Virus record (IMG/VR): IMGVR_UViG_3300036830_000174
Coordinates: 1-54,122 of that record
Source of the DNA: a virus
Lineage: Duplodnaviria; Caudoviricetes
Length of the DNA stretch: 54,122 nt
Strand: one strand, 5' to 3'
The notes beneath the pieces were generated by a model. That model saw only the letters and a list, made by a program, of their open reading frames with translations, ran no database searches and had not been told where the DNA came from. This document shows, piece by piece, positions 34,101 through 42,967 of the stretch. Position 1 is the stretch's first letter. Every line of letters begins with the position of its first letter. Both the position numbers and the translations under genes were made by a program.

Positions 34101-36165
34101 CGAACAGGTACAGGCGCTCGGCAAAGAATTGAAGTCGCTCGGCGGCACGCTGGACGAACTGAACCCCTCGCAGTTGCAGAAGATCAACGAACAGGCGTCG
34201 AGCCTCGCGCGCAATCGCAACGTGCACGGGATGACGATGGAACTTGTCCAGCTCGAGAAAGCGACCGGCCGCTCGGCGCAGGCGCTGCGCGGCGCCGCCG
34301 AACACATGACCGGCAGCTTCTCGGCGATGCGCCTGGCGGCTCGTCACAGCCTGCGCGACATCGAAGGCGTCGTGCAGACGACCTCCGAAGGGATCAAGCA
34401 GGAACTGGGCTCGAAGTCAGAACAGGCAAAGGACGCTCTGTCGCTGAACTTCGAGGGGGCCGCCGAAGCGGCCAAACAGCGGATGCACGAAACGGGGAAG
34501 TGGACCTCCGAAGGGCTGGCGTTCATCAACAAGGAGCTCGGCGAAGCGCTGACCGTCTTCGGCATCAAGGCACCGAAGAACGCGACCGCCGCGCAGCTCA
34601 AGGTCGTGCTCGATGCTGCGCAGCACGGCGATAGCGGCGTCGGATTCAACAAGGCCGGCGGCGCGATCGACCTCACGCCGGCGGCGCGCAAAGCGCAGGG
34701 GCGCGCGTCGGGCGGCCGCATGTACGGCGTCGGCAACAAGGACACGCTGCGCATGGCCGACGGCGGCTGGGGCGCGCCTGGCGAGCTCGTGCTCAACCAC
34801 CACACCGAGGCCGATGTCGATCGCGACCTGGCGCTGCACGGCAAGCCGCCGCTCGGCTGGCGCGTGGCGAGCGAGCACCGCGTGCACTCACAGCCGCCGT
34901 CGCGCTCGCGCCAGTACGCCTATGCCTCCGGCGGCGGACTCGGTGCCTATCGCTTCATCCCCGACAGCGGGACGAACTTCACCTACGGCAAAGAGTCGCT
35001 GATCGCCGGCGACCTGCAGAAGCTCGCGCAGCTCATGCGCGAGAACATCTACGGCATCTCCGGCTACCGCACGCCGGCACACTCGGTGGAAGTGGGGGGC
35101 TTCGCTGACGACCCGCACACGCGCGGGGAAGCGGCGGACATCGGCGTCGGCTCGGCGTCGCTTGAAAGCGCCTCGCAGCTCAGCGCGGCGATCCTCGCGC
35201 GCGTCGGACTCTGGCGTCCGTTCTACCCCGCGAGTGCGCACGAGATTAACCACGTGCAGCTGCTAGGCACCGGCGGCGGCACGGGCGGCGGCGTCGGCGG
35301 TGGCGCGCAGCAGGCGCTTCCGCTGAACACGTCCTCCACGGCACCGGGCCAGCAGTTGGGCTACAGCGGGATCAAGGCGAAACTGCCCGGCGTCGTCGGC
35401 GGTATCTCCCTCGCCGCCGGCAACGCCTACGGGCGGGCGGTCGTTGCGCACGCCAACAAGGTCCTCGCGAACTCCAACACGACGCCCGGTGGCGGCTCGC
35501 TCGGCTCGCTCGCCGGCGTGAAGGGACAGGGTGGCTCGCCGGCGGCCAACGAAGCGCTCGGCCGGCGCATGATGATCGCCGCAGGCTGGCCGGCGAGCGA
35601 ATGGCCGGACCTGAAAGCGCTCTGGACGCAGGAGTCTGGATGGAACGCCTACGCGATGAACGTGCCCGGCGACTACAACGCGGCGTACGGGATCCCGCAG
35701 TCGCTCGGCCACGGTCGGCCCTACGCCCTCGGAGACGCCCGTGGACAGATCAAGTGGGGCCTGAACTACATCAAGGGGCGCTACGGCTCTCCTGGCGCCG
35801 CAGAGGCCCACGAGCGCGCCTACAACTGGTATGGGACGGGCGGCCGGATGCAGCCGGCGCAGCAGTTCGCCGGCTGGTTTCAGCACGGCGGCAGCTTCAC
35901 GACCGACCGCCCGACGCTGTTCGGCGCTGGCGAGCGCCAGCCGACCGGCCACCACGAGCAGGTCAGCGTGCGCCCCGGCCGCAAGTCGGTGTTCGCCAAC
36001 ACCGCCGGGCGCCCGCCGATCAAAGTCGATATGCACTTCGGCAACGTCACCGTCGGCGAGGTCTCGGACTTCAAGACGGTGGTCAAGGAGGCAGCCGACG
36101 AGGCGGCCGAGCGGCTGCTCAAGGCGCTGGAAGACGGCCGCGGCGATGACGGGGGTATGTGGTGA
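31168..36165 (+). CDS. Tape measure protein with C-terminal M15-like peptidase and lytic transglycosylase domains
   Basis: 1665 aa Ala/Gly-rich; SGYRT..H.RGEAADI..NHV; LWTQESGWN..AYGIPQ..QIKWGLNYIKGRYG. Confidence 0.9.
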   Translation: MDGTVSGKFELNAEQPRGELNATQRDARALKGTLEELGRTMDSLGGQSSTRGLRSYRSEIRSLRNDVVTTAETIEDRWHSMERSVVDSVGVQIAAVRNLRREVNDLGHDRGRASVSVGGVDEAIAKIKALEAELDALDRRRARAHVGVSGGGGGGSGGGSRSSLSPATESQALTREFTAMRAWMRGHSTFWNNTPMGDSGPGVPGFGSGSGGGSSGGGIGRGATTDVEDAGRAARSSTHDFSIFGLGLKELALVAGAALPIIQSLGGAAVALGGSFAMAAEGLGAVGVAGASSLLVGIGSIEAVAKPAVSALGEVWKAETSLEQAQVVGTQSTLQHMQAVDQLTNSQEALSQSQFQARMAQEGLTTARREARRALQDLNMTTKEGTLNETQAKIQLQQSRLTLSEAEITTPGASPNEEITLSSDRLAVQQAKLGLERSKVTQGRNREDLARARRQGVGGNPQVLQAQNALTNSVAQEAQARRALQESEISLKGGGSALVGAREALNKALAKAPPGTKALVADAREFRTQWRAATRGASADFTGLLDDAVKTGKQIMPTISRASNESMIALRRQGDDFLHYLASDSTRRWVESSERMFTSNLEGERKAAQNTATTLMHVSEAAAPFLHEMVIGLDHMTERWSTSTRNVGAFRERLRPLVNDARDWWHLMDAGTHLMGDLFRAGAPSGSSMVVNFTHTLEGWDKWINENPEKVQSFFRETISSTEKLFGAIGQIIRGANELATTLRPLLNDFSELVSAAGNLGLLGSPIGLGGAYALYGRGRAAIANRGAASTSSAATTAAALGGSMVGGRGAARGSPVQLEGVSNVRTVSTTQRMPDGTFVAGPVPIGRQIEDTSAGLFVGVAHGATRGARVRSGLRGAASKIGTGLGAGVEAVAPYYLFSTGLEAAAGKNPFQSRSPLGSIAKTTAFGAAAGATLGSIVPGLGTGIGAAGGAIGGAIGGGIGALAHLLGHRSGEEKAAEQVQALGKELKSLGGTLDELNPSQLQKINEQASSLARNRNVHGMTMELVQLEKATGRSAQALRGAAEHMTGSFSAMRLAARHSLRDIEGVVQTTSEGIKQELGSKSEQAKDALSLNFEGAAEAAKQRMHETGKWTSEGLAFINKELGEALTVFGIKAPKNATAAQLKVVLDAAQHGDSGVGFNKAGGAIDLTPAARKAQGRASGGRMYGVGNKDTLRMADGGWGAPGELVLNHHTEADVDRDLALHGKPPLGWRVASEHRVHSQPPSRSRQYAYASGGGLGAYRFIPDSGTNFTYGKESLIAGDLQKLAQLMRENIYGISGYRTPAHSVEVGGFADDPHTRGEAADIGVGSASLESASQLSAAILARVGLWRPFYPASAHEINHVQLLGTGGGTGGGVGGGAQQALPLNTSSTAPGQQLGYSGIKAKLPGVVGGISLAAGNAYGRAVVAHANKVLANSNTTPGGGSLGSLAGVKGQGGSPAANEALGRRMMIAAGWPASEWPDLKALWTQESGWNAYAMNVPGDYNAAYGIPQSLGHGRPYALGDARGQIKWGLNYIKGRYGSPGAAEAHERAYNWYGTGGRMQPAQQFAGWFQHGGSFTTDRPTLFGAGERQPTGHHEQVSVRPGRKSVFANTAGRPPIKVDMHFGNVTVGEVSDFKTVVKEAADEAAERLLKALEDGRGDDGGMW

Positions 36166-36944
36166 GCGACGCATTCATGTGCCTGCTCTCGGCGATCCGC
36201 GGCGAGACCGACCCCTCGACGCTCGCTGAACCGCTGTATCTGCCCGCGCTGCTCGGCGACCTGACCTACTCCGAGGAAGGCGGCCACCAGGAGTACGACA
36301 CCGTGCGCCGCGGCCAGTTCTCACAGCCCGAAGGTGGGCGCGGCGTGAACACGGCGAAGAAGCTGATGGCGGCGTCGCTCGACGTCTACACGACGTGGGA
36401 GGAACTCGGCTTCATGCCGACGCTGCCAACCGAACTGGACCCCGACGACGTGCGCGGGCAACTGCTCGACCTACTGCGCGCGCGGCGTGGCTTTGACCTC
36501 AAGGTGTGGCGCCCGGGCTTCGACGTCGCCGAGATAAATATGTCCGCCACGCTGCGCGACGTGAACCCGACCGTCAAGCAGGGCGAGGCGGCGGCGCGCT
36601 ACATCACGATCGAAGTCAAGGAGTGGCGCGACCCGACCGTCGATCGACGGACCTCGACGGAGTCGCGCAAGAAGGGCGCGAAACTGCCGACCACGCACGC
36701 GCTCACCGCCTCGGACACGTGGAGCTCGTTGGCGAAGGAATACTACGGCTCGGCCTCGGAATGGCGCACGATCGCGCAGGCCAACGGTGCGGCGAGCTGG
36801 GGCGCGAACACGCCGCTGGCGGCGCCGAGCGTGCCGCTGAGTTCGGGCGTCGCAGCCTCGACGCAGCTCTACGCCGTCGGCGCCGTCGTGCGCATCCCGC
36901 GCAAGCCGGCCGGCACCAGCGGAGGGACGCGCCCGCGTGCCTAA
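36162..36944 (+). CDS. LysM-domain tail tube initiator (XkdP-like)
   Basis: DTWSSLAKEYYGSASEWRTIAQAN LysM. Confidence 0.8.
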   Translation: MSDAFMCLLSAIRGETDPSTLAEPLYLPALLGDLTYSEEGGHQEYDTVRRGQFSQPEGGRGVNTAKKLMAASLDVYTTWEELGFMPTLPTELDPDDVRGQLLDLLRARRGFDLKVWRPGFDVAEINMSATLRDVNPTVKQGEAAARYITIEVKEWRDPTVDRRTSTESRKKGAKLPTTHALTASDTWSSLAKEYYGSASEWRTIAQANGAASWGANTPLAAPSVPLSSGVAASTQLYAVGAVVRIPRKPAGTSGGTRPRA

Positions 36945-38124
36945 CCTGACGAACCTCCCCTCCAACCAGGTCCTGCAACATCAGCCGGACCTCTCGAACT
37001 TCTGGGGCCACGCGCTGCCGCCGATGACGCCTGGCGACTTCGACTTCGAGTTGCTCGTGCGCGAGACCAAGCGCTCGCCGTGGGTCAACCTCGACACGAT
37101 CAACCAGTCGATGGAATGGCAGGAACAGGAAGCGACGCCCGGCGCGAGCATCACCCTTGCGCGCCCGGAAATCGACGACCCGGACTCGATGCCGCTCGAA
37201 GCCGGGATGGACGTGCGCCTGCGCACGCTGTGGGGCGGCTCGTGGTACACGCTCTGGACGATGCGCGCCGAGCAGCCGCAGGAAGATAAAGCCGGCAACG
37301 CGACGATCGCGCTGCTTGACGATATGGACCTCGTCCGGCGCACCGTGCGCGACTTCATCTTCCACGCGCCGCACGGCTCGCCGGGCTACACGTGCGACGA
37401 GATAGCCAAGATCGTCTGCGGCAAGATCAACGTGCCGCACGGCTCGCTCGTGAAGGGCAAGCGGCGCATCCGGCGCGTGGTGAAGCCGAGGACGAGCGCC
37501 CTGGCCGTCGTCTCCTGGGCCTACAACCTCGAGCATCAGCGTACGGGCATCCGCTACTTCCCGCGCATGGAAAACGGCAAGCTGTGCGTGTTCCCCTACC
37601 GGCGCAACCCGACGCTCTACGTGCTCGGCGACATGCTGACCGAAGTGGACAACCAGCCGCTGGGTTCGCCGCGGCCGGTGACGATCATCACCGGAAAGGC
37701 GCACATCGGCAGCGGCAAGAAAGCCAAGAGCGTCGAGTACACCGGCTTCAACAAGGCCGCGGTCGAACGCTTCGGCGCGGTCCACCACGACCAGCAGATG
37801 GGGCGCGTCGATGACATGGCCGAGCTCAAGGAGAAAGTCAAGCGCGCGCTGGCGACGCAGTTGCGCGTCGCGCTGGGGGGAACCTTCACCACGCCGGGGA
37901 TCCCGTTCATCCGCCGCGGCGACGGCGTCGAGCTCAACCTGCCGGAGTTCGGCTGGTCCGGGCGCCAGCGCTTCACCTTCGTATCGGGCATTCAGCACTC
38001 GGTCTCGCCCGGTGCCTACACCTCGGCGCTGACCGTCGCCTCGACCGACCTGTTCGCGAAATATCGTCGCGCGCTCGAGGCGCAGCAGCGCGCGAAGAAG
38101 GCAAAGGAAAGAGGTCGGTCTTGA
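36937..38124 (+). CDS. Baseplate hub (XkdQ-like)
   Basis: Position; ERFG...., GIPFIRRGDGV, V..IQHS motifs. Confidence 0.75.
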   Translation: MPNLTNLPSNQVLQHQPDLSNFWGHALPPMTPGDFDFELLVRETKRSPWVNLDTINQSMEWQEQEATPGASITLARPEIDDPDSMPLEAGMDVRLRTLWGGSWYTLWTMRAEQPQEDKAGNATIALLDDMDLVRRTVRDFIFHAPHGSPGYTCDEIAKIVCGKINVPHGSLVKGKRRIRRVVKPRTSALAVVSWAYNLEHQRTGIRYFPRMENGKLCVFPYRRNPTLYVLGDMLTEVDNQPLGSPRPVTIITGKAHIGSGKKAKSVEYTGFNKAAVERFGAVHHDQQMGRVDDMAELKEKVKRALATQLRVALGGTFTTPGIPFIRRGDGVELNLPEFGWSGRQRFTFVSGIQHSVSPGAYTSALTVASTDLFAKYRRALEAQQRAKKAKERGRS

Positions 38125-38552
38125 TGCCAGGCGAGAGCTATCCCGGCGGCGCGTTTCCCGGCGGCGACGCGCTCGGCGGAGTCGCCGGTGAAGCGCTCAC
38201 GACGCCGGGCCCGACGGTCACGCTGCTCAGCGCGCGCCGCGCCTTCGCGGTCGCGCAGCAGTTGCTCGCCGGCGTGCCGATCCTCACTCCACCGCTGGAC
38301 GTGAGCGTCGGCTGGTATGACACCGCGCTTGACCCTGAGCGCGGGAGCTTCGCCGTGGTGGCCGAAGGCGGCGAGCACGAAGACCTGATCGGCGAGGTGA
38401 TCGCCGTGACCTACCGGGGGCGCAGCGTCAACGCCTACGTGCTGGGCGCGCGCGGGATCTCCGCCGAACTCGCGCTACAGCGCCGCGCGTTCCTGGCGAT
38501 CGCCGTGCCGAGCGCTGAAAGCGTGCAGGCGCAGGCCGAGGAGCTCGCGTGA
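38124..38552 (+). CDS. Hypothetical protein, RlpA-like double-psi barrel
   Basis: GWY...GEVIAVTYRGRSV.AYV....LAL.RRAF..IA pattern. Confidence 0.5.
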   Translation: MPGESYPGGAFPGGDALGGVAGEALTTPGPTVTLLSARRAFAVAQQLLAGVPILTPPLDVSVGWYDTALDPERGSFAVVAEGGEHEDLIGEVIAVTYRGRSVNAYVLGARGISAELALQRRAFLAIAVPSAESVQAQAEELA

Positions 38553-38836
38553 GCACAAACGTCTCGCGTGACCCCTTCCGCGCGCTCGCCAAGCGCGTGC
38601 GCGAGGTCTGCCGCGAGGAGTCACAGAACGCCAGCGGCCGCGACCTGCGCGGGATCATCAAGGGTGTCTCGCCGATCAAGGTCTCGCTGCCCGCGCGCGA
38701 CCTCGTGCTCACGGCCGGCGTCGATGACGTCCTCGAGGTCACAGCGCACGTTGCCGAAAAGGCCGCCATCGGCGACGCAGTGCTGGTCCGCGAGCACGGG
38801 TACGGTTGGATCGCACTGGCGCTGCTCAAGGAATAG
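38549..38836 (+). CDS. Baseplate spike-like protein (XkdR-like)
   Basis: G.I..VSPIKV...GDAVLV motif; position. Confidence 0.6.
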   Translation: MSTNVSRDPFRALAKRVREVCREESQNASGRDLRGIIKGVSPIKVSLPARDLVLTAGVDDVLEVTAHVAEKAAIGDAVLVREHGYGWIALALLKE

Positions 38837-38839
38837 ACG

Positions 38840-39358
38840 ATGGCCGACCTCGAATTCCCTCTGATCCCGACCGAAGAAGGACTCTCGGCCGAACAGGACC
38901 TGCAGGCGGCCGCCGAAGCCGCGCTCGCGCCGGCGCCGGCGGAAGCCGAAGCCGCGCCCGCGCCGTACGGGCGCTCGTGGGCCTTCGACTTCGTCAACCG
39001 CCAGATGGTGCGCCGAGGCGACGCGCCGGCGGAGGTCGAGGGCGTCGACGCGCTCGTCCAGTGGTGCCTGATGGCGGTCTACAGCGTCCGCTACGCCCAC
39101 GCCGTGTTCACGGACAACTTCGGGATGGAGCAGCCTTACCAGTTGCTGGGGCTCGCCGACCCGACGCCCTACGTGCTCGACATGGAACGCAAGCTCAAGT
39201 CGGCGCTCACGGTGCACGACCGGATCGTCAACGTGCAGAACTACCGCGCCAGCTACGACCCGACGCAGGGCGTGCTGTTCATCGAACACTTCGAGGTCGT
39301 CACCGACGAAGAAGACGTGATCCCGATAAGCGGCCTCGAGCTGCTCCCGCTCGACTAG
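38840..39358 (+). CDS. Baseplate wedge/sheath initiator (XkdS/DUF2634-like)
   Basis: WAFDF, EG.DAL.QW, RY.H..F..NFGME, AL..HDRI..V. Confidence 0.8.
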   Translation: MADLEFPLIPTEEGLSAEQDLQAAAEAALAPAPAEAEAAPAPYGRSWAFDFVNRQMVRRGDAPAEVEGVDALVQWCLMAVYSVRYAHAVFTDNFGMEQPYQLLGLADPTPYVLDMERKLKSALTVHDRIVNVQNYRASYDPTQGVLFIEHFEVVTDEEDVIPISGLELLPLD

Positions 39359-39373
39359 ATTGGAGACCCGCGC

Positions 39374-40564
39374 ATGACCGACTTCCTCGACTACCAGCCG
39401 CTGTTCCCGGAGGAGAGCGAGGCGGCGATCTTGCAGCGGTGGATCGAATGGGCCAACGAGGGCCTCTCCGACACCGACCCGACGCGCACGGATACGCGCG
39501 AGGGCAGCATGTGGCGCTCGCTCGAGACGCCGGCGATCCAAGAGATGGCGCGGCTGTACGACCTGGCCGGCTCGGAGGTGCCCGCGAGCGCAAACCCGCT
39601 GAGCGCATGGGGCGGCTACCTGGACGACATCGCCGAGGAGTTCGGCGTCGAACGCCTCCCCGCCACGCACGCGGTCGGTCACGAGATTTTCACCGGGCCC
39701 GAAGGCACGCAGATCGCCACGGGGCTGCGCCTGGAATCGGCGGGCAGCGCCGGCACCGAACCGCTGCTGTTCACCGTCACCGAGGGGGGGGAAATCGGCG
39801 CGAGCGGCTCCCTCGAACTGCCGATCGAAGCCGTCGAACCGGGTTCGTCCGGCAACGTCGGCGCCAACGCGATAACCGCGGCGACGACCGCGCTGCCGGA
39901 AGGCGCGACGGTCAACAACCCCGACGCGCTCACCGGCGGGCAGGACATCGAGACCGACGAACACCTCTCCAAGAAGATCCTCGAACTGTTCGAGGGGCGC
40001 TCGGCCGGGACGCAGCTCGACTACATCATTGACACGCGCGAGTGGCTGCGCCTAAACGACGCCTCGCGCGCGCCAGGCGGCGGCACGGTCTCCTGCATCC
40101 CGGTGTGGAGCGGTGCCGGCACGGTGAAGGTCGTCGCGATGGACGACGACGGCGACCCGCTGGAAGAAGCGATCGTCGGCGAGTTGCAGGAATACTGGGA
40201 TCCGGGGAAAACCGGACGCGGCGAAGGACAGGCACCGGTGAGCGCCGTCGTCACCGTGACAACCGGGACCGTCTTGCAGTTGACGATCGTCGGCGCGATC
40301 ACGTTCCGGCCGGGCTACAGCCTGACGGGCTTCGGTGGCACGATCGCCCTACAGCAGCAGATCGAACGCGCGCTGGTGATCTACGCGCTCGGCGTGGAAG
40401 CCGGCGGCGAGGTGGTCATCGCGCAGATCGAGGGCGCGATCGTCACGGTCCCCGGCGTGGAGGACCTGACGGGACTCAAAGTCAACGGGAAAACGGCGAA
40501 CTTCGCCCTCGGCTCAGAACCGCCGGAAGTGCCGCGCCTGCACAAACTCGAACTCACCGAATAG
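39374..40564 (+). CDS. Baseplate J/gp47-like protein (XkdT-like)
   Basis: DTREGS, YLD..A..FGVER.PA, GG.D.ETD, P.W.G.GTVKV, G.AP..A.VTV. Confidence 0.9.
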   Translation: MTDFLDYQPLFPEESEAAILQRWIEWANEGLSDTDPTRTDTREGSMWRSLETPAIQEMARLYDLAGSEVPASANPLSAWGGYLDDIAEEFGVERLPATHAVGHEIFTGPEGTQIATGLRLESAGSAGTEPLLFTVTEGGEIGASGSLELPIEAVEPGSSGNVGANAITAATTALPEGATVNNPDALTGGQDIETDEHLSKKILELFEGRSAGTQLDYIIDTREWLRLNDASRAPGGGTVSCIPVWSGAGTVKVVAMDDDGDPLEEAIVGELQEYWDPGKTGRGEGQAPVSAVVTVTTGTVLQLTIVGAITFRPGYSLTGFGGTIALQQQIERALVIYALGVEAGGEVVIAQIEGAIVTVPGVEDLTGLKVNGKTANFALGSEPPEVPRLHKLELTE

Positions 40565-41110
40565 ATGCCTGCCGAATCAGCGCTTACACCCCTCGGCCGC
40601 GAGATGCTCGCGCGGCTGCCGGCGTTCCTGCGGCGCGATCCCGACGTCATGGGCGTCATCCATCCGCAGGCGCGCGAGCTCGAACGCCTCGAGGAACGGC
40701 TGCGCCTGATCCAACGCAACCTGTTCGCGGCGCTCTCCGAAGAGATGCTCGGACTCTGGCAGGCGATCGTCGGCACGACGAGCGACCCGCCGGGCCAGTC
40801 GATCGCGCAGCAGCAGGAAACAGTCAAGGCGTTCCTGCAGACGCTGCTCACGAGCGCGACGGGGCTGCACTGGCGCAAACTGCTGACGACGGCGCTCGGC
40901 ACCGGCTACACCTACAAGGTCCACCACGACGAACCGATCATCGACCCGCTGACCGTCGTCGTCGTGATCCCGTGGGAAGAAGGCTCGTCGCTGCACGGCG
41001 CGGCGCTGCTGTTCGCCCGCCGCGTGACGCAGGCGCACGTCCAGCTGACCGTGACCGAGGGCGAAGGCTTCGTGCTCGACCAGAGCCTGCTTGACGACAC
41101 CGTGCTCTGA
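40565..41110 (+). CDS. Baseplate wedge protein (XkdU/DUF2313-like)
   Basis: LP.F, L..W...VG, AH. motifs after baseplate J. Confidence 0.75.
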   Translation: MPAESALTPLGREMLARLPAFLRRDPDVMGVIHPQARELERLEERLRLIQRNLFAALSEEMLGLWQAIVGTTSDPPGQSIAQQQETVKAFLQTLLTSATGLHWRKLLTTALGTGYTYKVHHDEPIIDPLTVVVVIPWEEGSSLHGAALLFARRVTQAHVQLTVTEGEGFVLDQSLLDDTVL

Positions 41111-41138
41111 GGTTTGGGCGGCCGCGACGCCGTAGGCT
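41110..41138 (+). promoter_or_regulatory. Putative late promoter AGGTTT-N17-TAGGCT, leaderless
   Basis: 6 nt before GTG 41145. Confidence 0.55.
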
Positions 41139-41144
41139 GTCGGC

Positions 41145-42512
41145 GTGCCCTTCTACCGGGACCTGCACGCCAAAGTAAAGTTCCCCGCCGACTACTCACG
41201 GGCGCTCGAGCAGTTCATCGGCCTGTTCTCGAACCTCGTCATTCACCAGGTCAGCGCGACCGTGATCGGCGTCGCCGCCGGTGCCAACAACGCGCAGGTC
41301 TCGCTCGGCATCGAAGGGCTCTGGCGGTGGAACAACGCCGAAGTCCAGGCCACGCATCCCGGCGGTGCCGCGGGCTCCTACGACATCGTCGCCACGACGA
41401 CCGCCAACGCGTTCACGACTGGGACCGAAGAAGAGGAAGACCACACGAGCTACAACTGGGCGCTGCAAATCGTGCCGACGGGGACGATCCCCTCCGGCGG
41501 CGGCATCGCGGCCACGCGCAAGCTCGGCACCCTCACATGGTCGGGCACGGCCATCACGAAGATCGAATCGGAAGTGCCCGCGCTGCCGCTGCACGCCGGT
41601 AAGCACGCGACGGGCGGTAGCGACCCGATCACTCCGGCGTCGATCAGTGCAGCAACGGCCACTCAGGCGACCGCGCTCGAAGCGGCCTACGAAGACAACG
41701 GCGCGAACGCCACCGGCATCTACCGCAACTCCGATTTCAGCTTCTCCCCGACGATCAACTCGGCGACGGGGGAACTCATCGCGGCGTCGGTTTCGGGCAA
41801 CGCGAAGATAAGCGGGGTTCGCACGCACACGGGCGTCCCGATCACGCTCGGTCTCATCCCACCGTCGCTGCCCGCCGCCAGCCAGTTTATGAGCGTGCTG
41901 ATTCAAGCGGCGGCGGCCAACGGCTTTGGCAACGCGGCCGTTCTCAGTCTCCTTTCCGGCGTCGCGAAGGCGACCGAAGCCGAAGCTCTCGCCGCACCTG
42001 CCGCTCCGTCCGCGAAAAACATGCGGATCAAAGAGGTCATCATCAAGAACACGGCGGGCGTCTACTCGATCGTCGCGACGCGTGATCGCCGTCCGTGGGC
42101 GCGCGGCTACTACAACTCTCAGAACACCTTTAGCATCACGAGCGTCAAAACGACGGCGTTCGTGCCTCTCTACCAGCAGCGCGCGGAGACCGGGCAGCCG
42201 CTCGTCGTCCGCGCGAATATTCCGGGGGAAAGTGGCAGCGGGGGCGACGAACTCACGCTGCGCGTCAGCGTCAACGGCTCCGTCGTCTCAGGCTCAACGC
42301 GCAAGTACGTGTTTGGGGTCTCGAGCAGGGCGGTCATCGCGTACGAGGCGCTCATCGCGACCACGGGAAGCCAGCTGATCGTGCTCGAAGGCGCGCTCGC
42401 CACAGAAGGCGCGGGACACCAGGTCAGCTTCTTCGCCAACTTCTTCGGCGAAGGCTTCGCTCAGATGATCGAGTGGGCGACGAACGAAGCCAGCTCGAAC
42501 GGCACGACCTAG
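41145..42512 (+). CDS. Tail fibre protein
   Basis: Follows baseplate; HAGKHATGGSDPITPASI fibre repeat. Confidence 0.75.
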   Translation: MPFYRDLHAKVKFPADYSRALEQFIGLFSNLVIHQVSATVIGVAAGANNAQVSLGIEGLWRWNNAEVQATHPGGAAGSYDIVATTTANAFTTGTEEEEDHTSYNWALQIVPTGTIPSGGGIAATRKLGTLTWSGTAITKIESEVPALPLHAGKHATGGSDPITPASISAATATQATALEAAYEDNGANATGIYRNSDFSFSPTINSATGELIAASVSGNAKISGVRTHTGVPITLGLIPPSLPAASQFMSVLIQAAAANGFGNAAVLSLLSGVAKATEAEALAAPAAPSAKNMRIKEVIIKNTAGVYSIVATRDRRPWARGYYNSQNTFSITSVKTTAFVPLYQQRAETGQPLVVRANIPGESGSGGDELTLRVSVNGSVVSGSTRKYVFGVSSRAVIAYEALIATTGSQLIVLEGALATEGAGHQVSFFANFFGEGFAQMIEWATNEASSNGTT

Positions 42513-42850
42513 CCGGGCACGACGACTTCTTCGACGACGTCGGCCGGTTCGCCTTCGGCACTGAGCGCTTCCAGTTCTGCCAGCGTGAGCACGGGCTGCG
42601 GTTCGCTGCCGTCCGTGTCGAACGGGACTTCGGCTTCCGGGGCGGCCGCCGCGGTCACGGCGCCGGTCACGGGCTGCGCGCGGCTGCTGACCGAGTTCGG
42701 CGACGTCGCGCTCGAGCGCCGGTGCGCCGAACGGCGGCAGGCGTGCCGGTGGTGGTGGCAGCGGTGGTGCGCCGGCGCGGCGAGCGCAACGGGGGCGCTG
42801 ACCATGAGCGCCAGGAGCGCGAGGACAATCGGTGCGGTGTAGCGGGGCAT
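42509..42850 (-). CDS. Secreted hypothetical protein (signal peptide, His/Arg-rich then acidic)
   Basis: GGAGG RBS; A-x-A signal peptide; own tagged promoter. Confidence 0.7.
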   Translation of the reverse strand: MPRYTAPIVLALLALMVSAPVALAAPAHHRCHHHRHACRRSAHRRSSATSPNSVSSRAQPVTGAVTAAAAPEAEVPFDTDGSEPQPVLTLAELEALSAEGEPADVVEEVVVPG

Positions 42851-42856
42851 CTACGG

Positions 42857-42893
42857 CCTCCTCGAGGATCGGGTAACGCCGCGAAGCGTATCA
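42857..42893 (-). promoter_or_regulatory. Extended -10 promoter + GTTACCCGATCC leader tag + RBS (copy 3)
   Basis: TGATACGCT (42893-42885), 7 nt, tag 42877-42866, GGAGG 42861-42857. Confidence 0.75.
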
Positions 42894-42896
42894 CGC

Positions 42897-42919
42897 AGAT
42901 GGTAAACCGTTTGCCACCT
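42897..42919. promoter_or_regulatory. Imperfect 23-bp palindrome, candidate operator
   Basis: AGATGGTAAAC-C-GTTTGCCACCT; related copy at 54080-54102. Confidence 0.5.
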
Positions 42920-42931
42920 ACGCCCGCGACG

Positions 42932-42960
42932 CGGTTTCGTCCGGCGCGGGAAAGTAGACT
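42932..42960 (+). promoter_or_regulatory. Putative late promoter CGGTTT-N17-TAGACT, leaderless
   Basis: 7 nt before GTG 42968. Confidence 0.55.
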
Positions 42961-42967
42961 GCCCTGC

